Translations under genes and position numbers: made by a program
Notes under the pieces: model-generated
What the model was told of the DNA's origin: nothing
The model's input: the letters and a program-made list of their open reading frames with translations, nothing else
Database searches by the model: none
Shown here: positions 9,104-21,100 of the stretch, in pieces
Layout: every line of letters starts with the position of its first letter
Position numbering within the stretch: the first letter of the stretch is position 1
Virus record (IMG/VR): IMGVR_UViG_3300020438_000022
Length of the DNA: 64,000 bases
Direction: 5' to 3' (one strand)
Source of the DNA: an uncultured virus (IMG/VR IMGVR_UViG_3300020438_000022)
Taxonomy: Duplodnaviria > Heunggongvirae > Uroviricota > Caudoviricetes

Positions 9104-9878
9104 AGCTTTATCTAAAGCAGAAAAATTAAAATTAATAAAAGAATTATACGTTAACCAGAAACAAAGTTTTGCCCAAATAGCTGAAGAGTACGATACTTAT
9201 GCTAATAAGATTAGGAGAGATGCATCAGTATTAGGTATTAAAGTTAGAAACAAATCCCAAGCACAGAAAAACGCTTTAGCACAAGGCAAACATAAGCATC
9301 CTACCAAAGGAACAAAAAGATCTACAGAAACTAAAAGTAAAATAGGTAAAACTGTGATGCAAGCATGGGAAAACACAGACGAGGAAGAAAGAGAAAAAAG
9401 AAGACAGAAGAGCAAAGAGATTTGGAATAGTATGTCAGACTTTAAAAAACAGAATATGATCAAAGCTGCTAATATAGCAGTTAGAGAGAGTAGTAAAGAG
9501 GGGTCTAAGTTAGAAAAATATATACTAAAAGAACTTTTAAATGCTGGATACAAAGTAGATTTTCATAAGGAGCAAAGTCTAGTAACAACCAAATTGCAAA
9601 TTGACCTTTTTTTGCCTACTATGAATATAGCGATAGAGGTTGACGGACCATCACACTTCTTACCTGTATGGGGAGAAGAAGTATTACAAAGAAATATATC
9701 ATACGATAATAAAAAAACTGGACTGATAATAGGTAAAGGATTGAAACTTATCAGGATAAAACAAATTAATGATTTTTCTAATGCTAGAGCTAGTGTGATA
9801 TGTGAAAAATTATGTAAATTACTTTTGGAAATTAAACAAGGTCAACAAACTAAAAACAATTATACAATAGAGGATTAA
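9078..9878 (+). CDS. DUF559/Vsr-like PD-(D/E)XK endonuclease with N-terminal HTH and NUMOD3-like segment (homing-endonuclease-like)
   Basis: LYVNQKQSFAQIA (HTH), KRSTETKSKIG (NUMOD3-like), SKLEK...IDLFLPTMNIAIEVDGPSHF...D..K...LIRI. RBS GAGGAG before ATG 9078. Confidence 0.8.
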   Translation: MTQSKKSYKALSKAEKLKLIKELYVNQKQSFAQIAEEYDTYANKIRRDASVLGIKVRNKSQAQKNALAQGKHKHPTKGTKRSTETKSKIGKTVMQAWENTDEEEREKRRQKSKEIWNSMSDFKKQNMIKAANIAVRESSKEGSKLEKYILKELLNAGYKVDFHKEQSLVTTKLQIDLFLPTMNIAIEVDGPSHFLPVWGEEVLQRNISYDNKKTGLIIGKGLKLIRIKQINDFSNARASVICEKLCKLLLEIKQGQQTKNNYTIED

Positions 9879-10559
9879 ATGAGTAAGTCTAAAAAAGAAG
9901 CTACGCCCACAATTAATGACATCAACTGGACAGATCATGTATTGGAATTATTGTCTGATGATGAAAAAATTAAAGGTAATCCGACCACAGATGGTTTAAG
10001 AAGAGTTTTTGAAATAGCTTTAGATTGCACAATTACTGAATCTACATCACATATCTGTCAATCCCCAGAACCTGAAAATGGCAACAGAGCTACTGTGATT
10101 CATTCTCTAAGATATGTTTTAAATAACAAGTCTCTGGACGATAGTATTAAAACAAGGACTGTAGACGGCTCAGCAGACGTTTATTGGGGCAATTGTGATA
10201 AGATTTTTAGAAATCATCCAGTAGCAGTAGCTGAAACAAGAGCAGAAGGTCGAGCGTTAAGAAGAGCGCTCAGATTAAGAAAGGTCGTCGCAGCAGAAGA
10301 ATTAGCTGAAGAAGTGGAAGATCTCGATGGTAATACGGTCAATAAAATTACAAATAATCAAATAAATTTCATTGACGTAATGAGCAAACGACTTAATATA
10401 AATGTATCTAAGCTATTATCTCAAGAGAAACTAGATAGTAATATTTACACTGTGTCTCATACTGACGCAGTTGGAATTATTAGAATTTTATCTAAGTATC
10501 AACAAGATATGTCCGCTATTTCAGAAGATATTACAGGTTATAACAACGAATGGAAATAA
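9879..10559 (+). CDS. putative single-strand annealing recombinase (Rad52/Sak-like)
   Basis: AVAETRAEGRALRRAL resembles the AET.A.GRAL helix of phage Rad52-fold annealases. C-terminal ITNNQINFI helical domain. RBS GAGG. Confidence 0.55.
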   Translation: MSKSKKEATPTINDINWTDHVLELLSDDEKIKGNPTTDGLRRVFEIALDCTITESTSHICQSPEPENGNRATVIHSLRYVLNNKSLDDSIKTRTVDGSADVYWGNCDKIFRNHPVAVAETRAEGRALRRALRLRKVVAAEELAEEVEDLDGNTVNKITNNQINFIDVMSKRLNINVSKLLSQEKLDSNIYTVSHTDAVGIIRILSKYQQDMSAISEDITGYNNEWK

Positions 10560-10562
10560 ATT

Positions 10563-10883
10563 ATGAAATTAAAATTTAAGCCTAATGATAAATTAGAATT
10601 TGAATTAGAAGGTGCTGGACAGAAGGAAATTTTTAAAGAACTTGCAATGGTTCAAGAAATTTTTTCTGAAAAGAAGTGTGGAGTATGTGGATCTGAAAAT
10701 ATCAAATTTGTAGTAAGGATTGTAGACGACAACGAATATTATGAATTAAGATGCATGGATTGTGGAGCCGTTCTTTCATACGGACAACACAAAAAAGGCG
10801 GAACACTATTTCCCAAAAGAAAAGATGGTGACGGAAAATATCTACCAAATAATGGTTGGTATAAGTGGACGGGTAATAAATAA
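10563..10883 (+). CDS. small Zn-ribbon protein
   Basis: CGVCGS...CMDCGA. Last gene of the + strand arm. Confidence 0.75.
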   Translation: MKLKFKPNDKLEFELEGAGQKEIFKELAMVQEIFSEKKCGVCGSENIKFVVRIVDDNEYYELRCMDCGAVLSYGQHKKGGTLFPKRKDGDGKYLPNNGWYKWTGNK

Positions 10884-10884
10884 T

Positions 10885-13800
10885 TTAATTCTCGTACTCA
10901 TAAGGTATCCATTGCCAAAACTCATGAGCTTCCAGAGAAGACTGTTTATGTTCTATGCCATCAATGCTAGAATAAAAACATCTATACGTCATTTCATTCA
11001 TTAATTTGTAAAAATCTGGTAGCTCAGTGTGTTGGTAGGTATCTCCTCTAACAGCTAACCAATAAACTTCATTATAATAGATATTCATCCTGTCTTTGAC
11101 TACACCCTTTTGTAGTCTTGGTACGCCATCCTCGTCAGGGAAATATTTGTCATGATAATAATCTATATGCTTTAATTTTCTTGGAATTCTTAAAAATTTA
11201 ATATCTATAGCTCCTACCCCAGATAAATCTATAGTATTCATTACTCTATCACCTTGAGTGCTTTTATCTCCAAAAATTCCATCATCTCTCAACTCGATTT
11301 TTTCAGGTTTAGCTACTACGTATTTTTCTTTGACATCTACTCTTTTGTATCTTAAATTTTCATTGCCATCATCAGGCATCATAAATGTTTTATTAAAAAC
11401 CACCACCTTCCACTTCTGCGTATCTAATATATCAGCAGCTCCTGGTTTTATTCCTTCGGTTGTAGAACCGACTTGGAATTCCTTGTGGGATGTAGCAGTT
11501 GGGAATATCTTAGGATTACTAAAAACAAACTTGGTGCCATCTTGATGATAATAAACATCTGGTGAGAGACCCTCAGGAGTTGTTTTGACATCAAAATTAT
11601 TTACCATACTAAAATTGTCTCCACCACCGCCTCCATAAGCATCAATGACGCTATATTCTGTGCTAAGCCAAATTCTAGTAGAATTAACATTATCTTGTGA
11701 ACATCCTTGTTTAGGATCTATATTGATAAGATAAGAATTATCATTAATAGTCTCGAAGTCTATATTATCTATAACTCCTTCATCTGTGTAATTTATATTA
11801 AGTTCATAATAAGCGGAATCTTTAGTAGCATTCATAGGATTATCTAATGCCTCTAGAATCATATTTCTTTCTCTATATAACTCATATAACTTTTGTTTAG
11901 TCTCTTTTTTATAACATGTATCCCCCTTTAAAAGAAAACAAGTATCTGGATCATCAGGTAAAGCGTTTAAGTGCTTAGTAACCTCAGTAATACTGCCAAA
12001 ATCTATAACTTCTTCATGATTATTGACATCTCCAATAAAACTTTCATCTACATTTGATTCTCTAGTCAAAGCTGTTAATCTATTATTTAATACAGTTTTA
12101 TTTTGTTCACTACAATATACAGGAATAACTCTTTCGTAAACTCCGTCTATAGTCAAAATTCCCATCAGCCCATCTGGATTGTTTGCGTTTATTTGTTCCA
12201 CATCTGGTATGTTACAAATCTGATCACTACCAGGGAATGTTGCTCCGGGAGCTACAGGAATCAACTTGCTACCACCATTTACAGTTGTCCAACAACTCGA
12301 ACAACCTCCTTCTGGAGTTGCACATTCAGGGTCATTTGGATCATAAGGCTTCGAAACAAACGTATCCACTTGCAAACTAGCTCTTCCTCTAGCATACATA
12401 AAACTTGTACCATACTCTGTAACATTTCTTGGTTCGGGCCAAGTTTTAAATTTATAAGTGTCATATTCTAACTCATTTAAATCTGTAGCATCAGAAGCTA
12501 TAGCTTCTGCAATAGAATTACCATACAATATTTTATTCGATTCGTTGAAACTATATCCAAAAGCTTTTTGTATTGATAAGCCAGCTGAAGCCAAAGAACT
12601 TTCAGCATAATAACCACCTTCTGTATTATAGCTAGCAATTCTACCACTAGCTTGTATGTTATTGGGTGAAGTATGTGTTGAATTATCAAAAAGGTCGTAT
12701 ATTGTTTGCAGTTGGTTTGTGCTATAGTTTTCAGAAAGCACCCTTTTATTAACTAAAGGAGAAGAACTACCATAGTTGCCTGGTGCAGTGGTGGAGAAGG
12801 TGAGTTCTGGTGTCCCTGCGTCTATATAACCATTTTCCAAATCTAAACCCCAGTGACTAATAGCCTTTTGCGATATTTGGTCAGTAGTAGTTTTTCTGTC
12901 AAAGATTAGATATAATCTATCTGAATTATCATCGCTCATAAACATTTTGTTAAAAGACGATACATCTGCATCACTAGGTACTGCTAGTAAAGTATGCCAA
13001 GTATTATCTATATTATATAAATTTTTACTAAGAATAATAGTTTTTGATAAATCGCTGTCTTCATCATCAGGATTTTCTTTATATTTATCTGCTGTTTCAT
13101 TAGTAAATAAACAGATATCATCTCCTACTTCAAAAACGTCATATGGTATTCTACTACGTATTAGTATATATTGATCAGACCCGTCGTAGTCCTCGGTAAG
13201 GATTCTGTCTTTACCAAATCCTGGAAAATCTGTAATATTACCTCTGTCATATTCACCATCATTATTAATTCTGAATCCTTTACCTCCGTCAATCGATTCA
13301 TTTTCTTCGATGTCAGCTTTTAGATGTTCTATCGTATTGTTGTTTAGAATTTTAGTAAAAGGATCCTCTATTACTTCATAATCAAAAGAAGAAAAAGCTC
13401 TTGTAAATTTAGGTGTGAGCTGCATGAAATCATGCGTCTTCTTTTTTAAAATTGGTAAATTTTTATATTTATAGATACTAGCTTCTGCTTTATACCAAAT
13501 TCTAGGTGAATCTAGTGCGCTTTTTTCAGAAGGAACGGGACTAATTGAGCCAAATCTAGAAGAATCCATACCAGTACCTTCTGTGTAAGTAACTTTTGTT
13601 AGCTGATTAGACTTATTAGAAACACTAAACGAAATAATAGCCTTAGCTGGCCCTCCAAAAACTCTATCGTTATATATCGAACTATACAAGAAGTCTGCAA
13701 CTCCTTCATATAGTCTAGTTTGTCTTAGCTGTCCGAAATAATCAAAGATAGCTTGATAGCCAAGATTCGCCGCAACTTGCCCAACAGCCATACCAGCAAA

Positions 13801-16800
13801 CAAACCGCCTAGTCCAGCAAAAGCAAAACCTGCTATAGCAGCAGAAGCAGCGATCATATACACAATTGCTTCGCTAGGGAATCTGATAGGCCACATGTGT
13901 GGATTGTCTATTGATTCTGTGTCAGGAATAATACATCTAGAAACATCATCCAAATAAGTATAAGGAGCATTTACATTAACTTCTGGTATTAAAGCTGTAC
14001 TAGGAGTATCTAATTTAAAAGTAAACCCACCAAAAGACGCAGGTCTGCTATAATCTACCATCCCTAAAGCATCTCCCTGCTCTGGGGCTTTTTGTGGTTG
14101 AGTATGTATGATCAAATCCCAAGCACATAAAGATCCTGTGATATCTGTAGATCCTGGAGTCACTTCTGAACTTATAAAACCTGTAGTAACCTCATTGTCT
14201 TTTAATGTGTCATATATTCTCATATTATCTGGTTCATCAGCTACAGCGATATTCAAAGTAAAAGAAGTTGAACTTGAAGCTTCTTTTTCTGGTTTACCTC
14301 CTTCTACAACAGGCTCTGCGAATAGTTGTAATTGTTGAAATTTAGACAGTGAGATATTCGTGTAATTTTTATTGTTTATATCTAGTTGCGTTCTATGGTA
14401 TTGTGAATCATTGTCATTCTTTTCAGGTACAGAAGTAGTAGGTCTAACTTTTCCATTATTCTTTACGGCGTCTATAGGATATTCTGCAGGAAATTTTGGA
14501 GGTAAAAAGAATTCTGTATCATCAGCAACTAAACTTTTTGAATTATTTTCATCAGCATTTTTTCTTGATTTGTTGTTATATAATGTGTGTAGTCTGTTTT
14601 TTACCGGGGCGTCATCAGAAAAAACTACCGTAAAATTATATGTATTTGTTTCTATGGTATCTTTGTACGTTAAATATAATCTTAAACTATCTCTTTGAGT
14701 ATCATGTACATTATTATTAATCAGGTCTACATCATCTTGTCTGTGCTGTAATTCTAAATCAGAAAGACCTTGAATAGGAAGAGATTCACAAGACTCGTCT
14801 GGATGAAAACGGTCTCCTCTAATTGGGCATTGAGGTGGTTTCTTACCAGCAAATGAATCAGCACCATTGATTCTTTGCTTATCTCTTGCAGAAGGATTTA
14901 CATCTAGCCATATAATTAAATCTTTAGGATTAACATAATTTAAAAATTTTAATCTAACTTCCAAGCCATTAATACTAGCTTTTGCTATCTCTCCACCCTG
15001 TTGTATTATTAATCCATTTCTGTCTTCTGTAGGAAATTTAGGAACGCCTCTAACAGCAGCTACGTAGTTGATTGTTGGATCTTGACACATCACACCCATA
15101 TCAATTTTATTTTCAAAACTTCCTTCTATACCATACTCATCTCCATTAGGGAATCTACCCATAGTAGCATAACCTCTACTTAAGTGTCTATATCCATAAT
15201 CTTCATCATGATCTGATAGTTCTTTTTTTTCTTCATCGTTTCTCATTCTTTTAGATTGTTCGGCATCTCCAGTTCCTTCAATTGGCTCTTTTTGTATATC
15301 ACTATCAACAGTTAGTCGAATAGAACTAGAGAAAACTTTAGGTTTAATTTTCCTTCCTTCTTCAATATAATTAGTGTTTAAATTAACTATACCTAAACCC
15401 TGAAAAGTTCTAGTTGTTCTACCTGCAGGATTAAATTTTAAAAAAGGACAAAACATACCAGTATTACTAACAACAATTCCTTGATCAGGTTCAAAAACAA
15501 CTTTTTTACAATTAAATACGTGACCAGAAGTATAGTCTCTTTGGTAAAAAACTATAGGAGTACTGTCTGTCTTGTTGTCTGTAATTTTGTCGTTTTTAAT
15601 GTAAGCGTTTTTAGTAAAGTCATAACCTTTGACAACAGATTGATCTGAACTTCTCCAAATACCATCAAGCTCTTTCACAACACTAGTACTAGTGGTATTA
15701 TTATCAGAAGCTGGTTGTTTAACACCAAAAAAATCAGAATGTTGAGGTAGTCTACGGCCTGATACAATAGAAGGATCCCATCCTCCGTAAGCAGGAGTTT
15801 GAGGCATGTAGGTGTTACCTACTGTAGGACAATCAAATGTTTCTTGAGACATCTCAACTGCCATACCGTTAAATATGCCGAATCTTTTTAATGTAATTCC
15901 TCCATCGGGTGAATACCTAGACTCTACAAAACTTTGGGCACTATCTCCTGTCTTAGTTGTGGATAGGGTTCGTCTTTCAAAAAAAGACTGACAATTATCA
16001 GCTGGAACTATTTTACCTCCAGGTATTGAACTAGAAGTTCTACCATAAGAAAAAGTATAAGACTTTAATTTAATTGTTGTCGTACCAGGCTTATATAATA
16101 TAGATAAGATAGGTGTCTCATTATGTGAGGAGCTTTGTGAATAACCAAAGCTATACTTTTCATCTCCTCCTAAACTATCAAAATCTTGATCATAAGCAGC
16201 TTTAAGTACAGATACTTGCATATCAGTACTGATAGGCCAAAACAAACCAGTGTATGTATTAAGACCGGTTTGAGTGTTGAGGCCTATTACCTGACCAATT
16301 CCACAACTAGTTAAATTAGGACAGTTCGCTTTAAGAGCATCTGGAATTAAAACAGATTCCTTTGCTGGCAATAATGCAGGAGGTTCTACATTTTTACCAG
16401 GTTTTGTTATAGTTTTTTCTTGATATAAAACACCATAAGGAGTAGATACAGTACAAGATACCACATAATTACCTGGTTCTGTAACGTATACTGTAGGACT
16501 GTCTGAGTTTGAGGTAGCAAATTTTTTAAATCTATCTTTACCAAAATCAGAAAATTTAGCACAACCATCTTCAGGTACAGATTGTACCTCCCATAAAAAC
16601 GTAGGAATAACGCCTTCAATTTTGGTTTCGCTTACTCCTTCAATAGCGATTTCGCTTTCGTCTTTTGGTATTGTTTGATTGGTGCCAATACTAAATGTAT
16701 ATTTTTCAGGTGTTCTTCTAGCAACATCTGCTGTAGGTAGTATTGTATTAGAATCGCCATGCTTAAGCTCTATAAAGCTACCTCTACTAGATAATTTAGT

Positions 16801-18153
16801 TTCAACAGAAACGTTTCCAAAATTAATACGTTGATTATTACTAACTTGTCCTTGAGCTCCTCTAGAACATTCATTAGAAATGTCTTGACTAATAAATATA
16901 TTTGGATTATATAAAGTTTTATTATACGTAACAGTAGTATTAGACTTTATATTTAAATAGGGTTGATATTTTGAAACCAATTTGTTAAATAGGTCGCTTT
17001 TACTTGTAATTAAATTATGATTTAAAGTTCTATTGTTTATGCTACCAACAGGATTTAATTTTTCTACTTTTTTATATATATACGTTAAAGTATTGTAAAG
17101 TCTATTAGATGTTTGTGTTGAGTCCAGGAAGTCATCTCCTCTAATACCGTCTTCTGATAAAATTTCAGATATCTCTCGTACTAAAAAGTTTTCTGGTATA
17201 TCTAAAGTTATAGGACTTGTAGCTAATGCTTGAGCTATTCTTTTTGTAGTTCTTAGTGTTACTAAATCTAGTTCATCTTCTAATCTAGGTTTGTCATAAC
17301 GTAAAGTTAAAGCATTATAAATGCGATTATAAGAAGAATACAATGTGGGAGAAATATAGTTTTTTAAACCTAATTGACCCCCGGTATGTTTAAAATCTTT
17401 ATATGTAAAAAAGTCACCGTCAGGAATCCATAACTCAACAGGATTACCAGATGAGTCATTTAATAAACCAGTAGTTAATCTATCTACTAAATAAAATAAA
17501 TCTTCTCCAACTTCTAATAAAGTCTGTTTTGCAGAACCGTAATTAAAACTAAAAGTACCTTCATCTGTTTCTAGTTTAGAATCATCAGCATTAACATCAA
17601 CAAGCAAGTCTTCGCTTCCGTCATTTAATTTTATATATTGTTTGCCTGTTACATGTCTAACTCTAGCTCCGTTTGGGAACGTTGATAGTTTGCCAGAAAC
17701 CACAGGAGATTTTCTAGCCCAGCATAAGATACCGTAACATGCAGTTCCTGAGAAAAGCTTGTATCCTGTATTAAGTAACCAATCGACACTCATTTCTGTA
17801 CCAGCAGTAACTGTAAAGTTTTTAAACTGCGGATTAAATTTAATAAAGTTTTCTATGCCAAGTCTAGGTTTGTTCATAGAACTAAAGTTTTCAATAATTT
17901 TATTTCGAACTTTAGAATTAGAATCACTTACAAAAACAGGTTTCCAATATGAAAAAGTTTCTCCAATTAGTTCTGTTAAATTGTCTATGTCTATAGTAAC
18001 TGAGTTGCCGCCTCTACTGTCAGCGTAATTTAATTCTGTGTTATTACTATAGTCTATTTTTAGATTATTGCCATATTCTAGTAGTCTGTATGATGCAATA
18101 TCATCGAATAAAGACCCTGAGAATATTTGACAATTAGATTTGTCCTTAAACAT
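10885..18153 (-). CDS. very large tail-tip/virion protein (PKD-like domain, expanded P-proprotein-convertase-like domain, hydrophobic segment)
   Basis: 2422-aa ORF. FLWEVQSVP...PTVYVTEPGNYVVSCTVSTPYG is PKD-like. INGLEVRL...KDLIIWL...FSDDAP...GSLCAWDLII is P-domain-like. Lies at the distal end of the tail region. Confidence 0.7.
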   Translation of the reverse strand: MFKDKSNCQIFSGSLFDDIASYRLLEYGNNLKIDYSNNTELNYADSRGGNSVTIDIDNLTELIGETFSYWKPVFVSDSNSKVRNKIIENFSSMNKPRLGIENFIKFNPQFKNFTVTAGTEMSVDWLLNTGYKLFSGTACYGILCWARKSPVVSGKLSTFPNGARVRHVTGKQYIKLNDGSEDLLVDVNADDSKLETDEGTFSFNYGSAKQTLLEVGEDLFYLVDRLTTGLLNDSSGNPVELWIPDGDFFTYKDFKHTGGQLGLKNYISPTLYSSYNRIYNALTLRYDKPRLEDELDLVTLRTTKRIAQALATSPITLDIPENFLVREISEILSEDGIRGDDFLDSTQTSNRLYNTLTYIYKKVEKLNPVGSINNRTLNHNLITSKSDLFNKLVSKYQPYLNIKSNTTVTYNKTLYNPNIFISQDISNECSRGAQGQVSNNQRINFGNVSVETKLSSRGSFIELKHGDSNTILPTADVARRTPEKYTFSIGTNQTIPKDESEIAIEGVSETKIEGVIPTFLWEVQSVPEDGCAKFSDFGKDRFKKFATSNSDSPTVYVTEPGNYVVSCTVSTPYGVLYQEKTITKPGKNVEPPALLPAKESVLIPDALKANCPNLTSCGIGQVIGLNTQTGLNTYTGLFWPISTDMQVSVLKAAYDQDFDSLGGDEKYSFGYSQSSSHNETPILSILYKPGTTTIKLKSYTFSYGRTSSSIPGGKIVPADNCQSFFERRTLSTTKTGDSAQSFVESRYSPDGGITLKRFGIFNGMAVEMSQETFDCPTVGNTYMPQTPAYGGWDPSIVSGRRLPQHSDFFGVKQPASDNNTTSTSVVKELDGIWRSSDQSVVKGYDFTKNAYIKNDKITDNKTDSTPIVFYQRDYTSGHVFNCKKVVFEPDQGIVVSNTGMFCPFLKFNPAGRTTRTFQGLGIVNLNTNYIEEGRKIKPKVFSSSIRLTVDSDIQKEPIEGTGDAEQSKRMRNDEEKKELSDHDEDYGYRHLSRGYATMGRFPNGDEYGIEGSFENKIDMGVMCQDPTINYVAAVRGVPKFPTEDRNGLIIQQGGEIAKASINGLEVRLKFLNYVNPKDLIIWLDVNPSARDKQRINGADSFAGKKPPQCPIRGDRFHPDESCESLPIQGLSDLELQHRQDDVDLINNNVHDTQRDSLRLYLTYKDTIETNTYNFTVVFSDDAPVKNRLHTLYNNKSRKNADENNSKSLVADDTEFFLPPKFPAEYPIDAVKNNGKVRPTTSVPEKNDNDSQYHRTQLDINNKNYTNISLSKFQQLQLFAEPVVEGGKPEKEASSSTSFTLNIAVADEPDNMRIYDTLKDNEVTTGFISSEVTPGSTDITGSLCAWDLIIHTQPQKAPEQGDALGMVDYSRPASFGGFTFKLDTPSTALIPEVNVNAPYTYLDDVSRCIIPDTESIDNPHMWPIRFPSEAIVYMIAASAAIAGFAFAGLGGLFAGMAVGQVAANLGYQAIFDYFGQLRQTRLYEGVADFLYSSIYNDRVFGGPAKAIISFSVSNKSNQLTKVTYTEGTGMDSSRFGSISPVPSEKSALDSPRIWYKAEASIYKYKNLPILKKKTHDFMQLTPKFTRAFSSFDYEVIEDPFTKILNNNTIEHLKADIEENESIDGGKGFRINNDGEYDRGNITDFPGFGKDRILTEDYDGSDQYILIRSRIPYDVFEVGDDICLFTNETADKYKENPDDEDSDLSKTIILSKNLYNIDNTWHTLLAVPSDADVSSFNKMFMSDDNSDRLYLIFDRKTTTDQISQKAISHWGLDLENGYIDAGTPELTFSTTAPGNYGSSSPLVNKRVLSENYSTNQLQTIYDLFDNSTHTSPNNIQASGRIASYNTEGGYYAESSLASAGLSIQKAFGYSFNESNKILYGNSIAEAIASDATDLNELEYDTYKFKTWPEPRNVTEYGTSFMYARGRASLQVDTFVSKPYDPNDPECATPEGGCSSCWTTVNGGSKLIPVAPGATFPGSDQICNIPDVEQINANNPDGLMGILTIDGVYERVIPVYCSEQNKTVLNNRLTALTRESNVDESFIGDVNNHEEVIDFGSITEVTKHLNALPDDPDTCFLLKGDTCYKKETKQKLYELYRERNMILEALDNPMNATKDSAYYELNINYTDEGVIDNIDFETINDNSYLINIDPKQGCSQDNVNSTRIWLSTEYSVIDAYGGGGGDNFSMVNNFDVKTTPEGLSPDVYYHQDGTKFVFSNPKIFPTATSHKEFQVGSTTEGIKPGAADILDTQKWKVVVFNKTFMMPDDGNENLRYKRVDVKEKYVVAKPEKIELRDDGIFGDKSTQGDRVMNTIDLSGVGAIDIKFLRIPRKLKHIDYYHDKYFPDEDGVPRLQKGVVKDRMNIYYNEVYWLAVRGDTYQHTELPDFYKLMNEMTYRCFYSSIDGIEHKQSSLEAHEFWQWIPYEYEN

Positions 18154-18159
18154 TTGTCT

Positions 18160-21100
18160 TTAATTTGCGGAAGTTAAAGTCCACCTACCTCCTATAAAAG
18201 TAAACATCCCAGTCTGTCCTTTACTAACTGTAAAATTTAACTTACTGTTGTCATACGAAACAACATAAGTTGGTATTTGTCTGCTAGTTCTACCTTGTAC
18301 ATATGTCAGTTCTAGTCTAGCTTTTTGAGAATCTATAATTGTTCCTGTAGTCATGATAGTAGGTTTGCTAACAGGTTCATAAAACCCTGATTCCCTATCG
18401 TATCTACACAATAACTTGGTTCCTCTAGGTGCTGTAAATCCTGATCTATCCTTAACATACACCAATCTTCTAAAACCAGTTTCTAATTCATCTGTATCTA
18501 ATCCGCTATATTCTACGTCGTCCAAGAAACCCCTGGTAGGATAAGTCTCTACAAAATTATCATCTTCTGTAATAAGATCTTGTTCTAAAGTAACGTATAC
18601 CATTTTATATGTTGTGCCGCTACTACCACTACTAGTAACCCAAATTTTTCTAGAAGCATCCCAACGCAAATCAATCGGACCTACTGGCCAAAGTTCTGGA
18701 TGTTCAGCCCAATTTAAATAAAATTCTTTTAATTTAGTCTTTTTAGTCCACTTACCGTTTTCAAATTTTTGAGTTTTACTAATAATACTACCTAGTTCAC
18801 CTGATCCTAAATCATCTTGCGTGTAATATGTATCAGAATCTTCCATATCGTCTTCAATAGTTACTTTATAAATATCTGATTCGTCTGTAAGAGATGATGG
18901 CTCCCCTACTCCATTAATGGTTTTAGTAAAAAGCGGAGAGCCGCTTTCATCTCGAGAATATGCATCTCCAACTTTTAAAGTTTTATACTTAGCTGTATTG
19001 TTCGCTGTTTCTTTTTTAATTTTAAATCTTCTTGGGTTTCCGTGTTCATCTGTTTCATATGGTTCGTCAGCGGCATTAGGAACCGGATAACCTTGCGTAT
19101 CATATCCCCAGCCATGCATAACTATTGGACCGCGTAGGCCAAAAAATCTTTGATTCATTTCTGGTGCAGTATAGTCTACTTCACCATTACCTGTTCTCTG
19201 TAGGTCTTGTAGCATTAAATCATACTGAGCATAATCGAGATTATAATACTTATTAGCGTTTCTATTTAGATTATCTTTAATCTTAAGATTGCGACTTGTA
19301 GCGAGTCTATATGTATTATTTCCAGGATCTACAGAACCTCTGCCAACAATTTCTATACAATGTTTTAATCTATCTCTAAATTCTCTCTGTTCACCATCCT
19401 CAAGCTCGAATGAGTCATGAGCATCATTTGGATGAGCGCCGATATAATTTTGATGATTAGCATTTTTAAATTCACCTTGAGATACAACAATTGGATTTAA
19501 TGTTACCAAATTGATAGGAATATCAACACCTGATGAACCTCCGCTGTCTCCAGAGTCTTGAGCAGGAGCGGACGCTGTAGTGACAGCACCTCCAGTATTA
19601 TTAAATGTAAGTAAAGTTTCTAGATCTGTTTGATCTGTAACTATATATGGAGGTAATACATCTAAAGAAATACCTCCACCACCTTGACTTGTTGTGCTAG
19701 ATTTTAAAGAAGCATTCAGTTTTTGTTGATTAGATACGCACTTATCACAGTATACGGTTTGTGTTGCACTAGAAGTACTAGCAGGATTATCAGCGTCATA
19801 TACGCTGATTTGAACTTTTCTTTCTTTAGTACCTTGACAAAATGGACAGGTGCTAGTCTCATACTTACTAAAATTAAATGTAGAATTATGTAACGTAGGA
19901 TAAAAAGATACTGGAGACAATAACCCGTCTAAACTCATGACAGACTTTAGTCCATATTGAGCATTCATTTCAGCATGAGCATCTTTTTGTTCATATAGTC
20001 CAACTTGGGTTTTCATTCTAGAATGGTAGTGTAAGTTTCTGACACTAGATGAGCTGTCTAGTTTGGTTAAGCCTGCTGTGTCTTCTTGGTCTTTGTCTGC
20101 ATCGTCAACGCTATCATCTACAGCTTTTTTACCGGCAACCTTCCAAGACTTTGCAGAATAATCTTGACTTTCGAAATTACCGGGATTACTTTGCAGAGTA
20201 TTAGTGTCGTTAGAACTCATCGTATCAGGATCCCTAATAGGATCAATAAACGGAGCAGATCTACCCACTAAAACTAATCCAGGACTCCAGCCATGTAATT
20301 GGGTTTTAAAATCTTTGCTGCTAAAAGTTGTACTATCTAATCTACTGTCGTCGAGTGTTTTTAATTGTTGTTTTCTTGAATTGTTTAATTTTCTAGATAA
20401 TTCACTAACAACTTTAGCTGTTTGTATATTTTGTTTAAATGCTTTTCTAAATTTTTGATTTTCAATTTTATTAAATAGACCTAATGCTCTTGTGTATGTC
20501 CTGAAAGAATATGTAGTAGTAATACCTCCTTCTCCAAAAGAGGTAGAAATATTAGTAATAATAGGGCCTGAAGATATAGCGTTTGTAGATATTAGTTTTG
20601 TAACTTTAAAAGTTTTAGAGGATGTTGTGGCTGTTGGCGTATTGGGTAAGCTGGATATCTGACCTATCGCACTAGAATCATTTTTAGCTATAGCGTATTG
20701 TAATGGATCTAAACGGTTTTGAATTTTAACATCTGTATATATAAAATCGTCTGTTGCAGCAGTGTATAACATTTGTCCTATATTATTATAGCTAAAAGGA
20801 TTAGCTAAGTTAAATATTGGCAATCCAGGTATTTGTACTTGTGCGGTCTCTATTACTGGTTGATATTGTACTTTAGTGGCTAAATCATTTAATGCTACTT
20901 TATCTAAATTACACACTCCTCCATAATTCCAAGGCACTAAATCTTCTTTATACTCTATACTTATATCATTTATCCAATTAGATAATACGTTAGCATCATT
21001 ACTTCTGTCTGTAAGAGGTATGGAGTTTGAGCATTGAGGAGGTATATCATTTGTTTGTAATATTGCTTTTCCTGTAGGCAAAAAGCTTGCAGGAGTGTTG

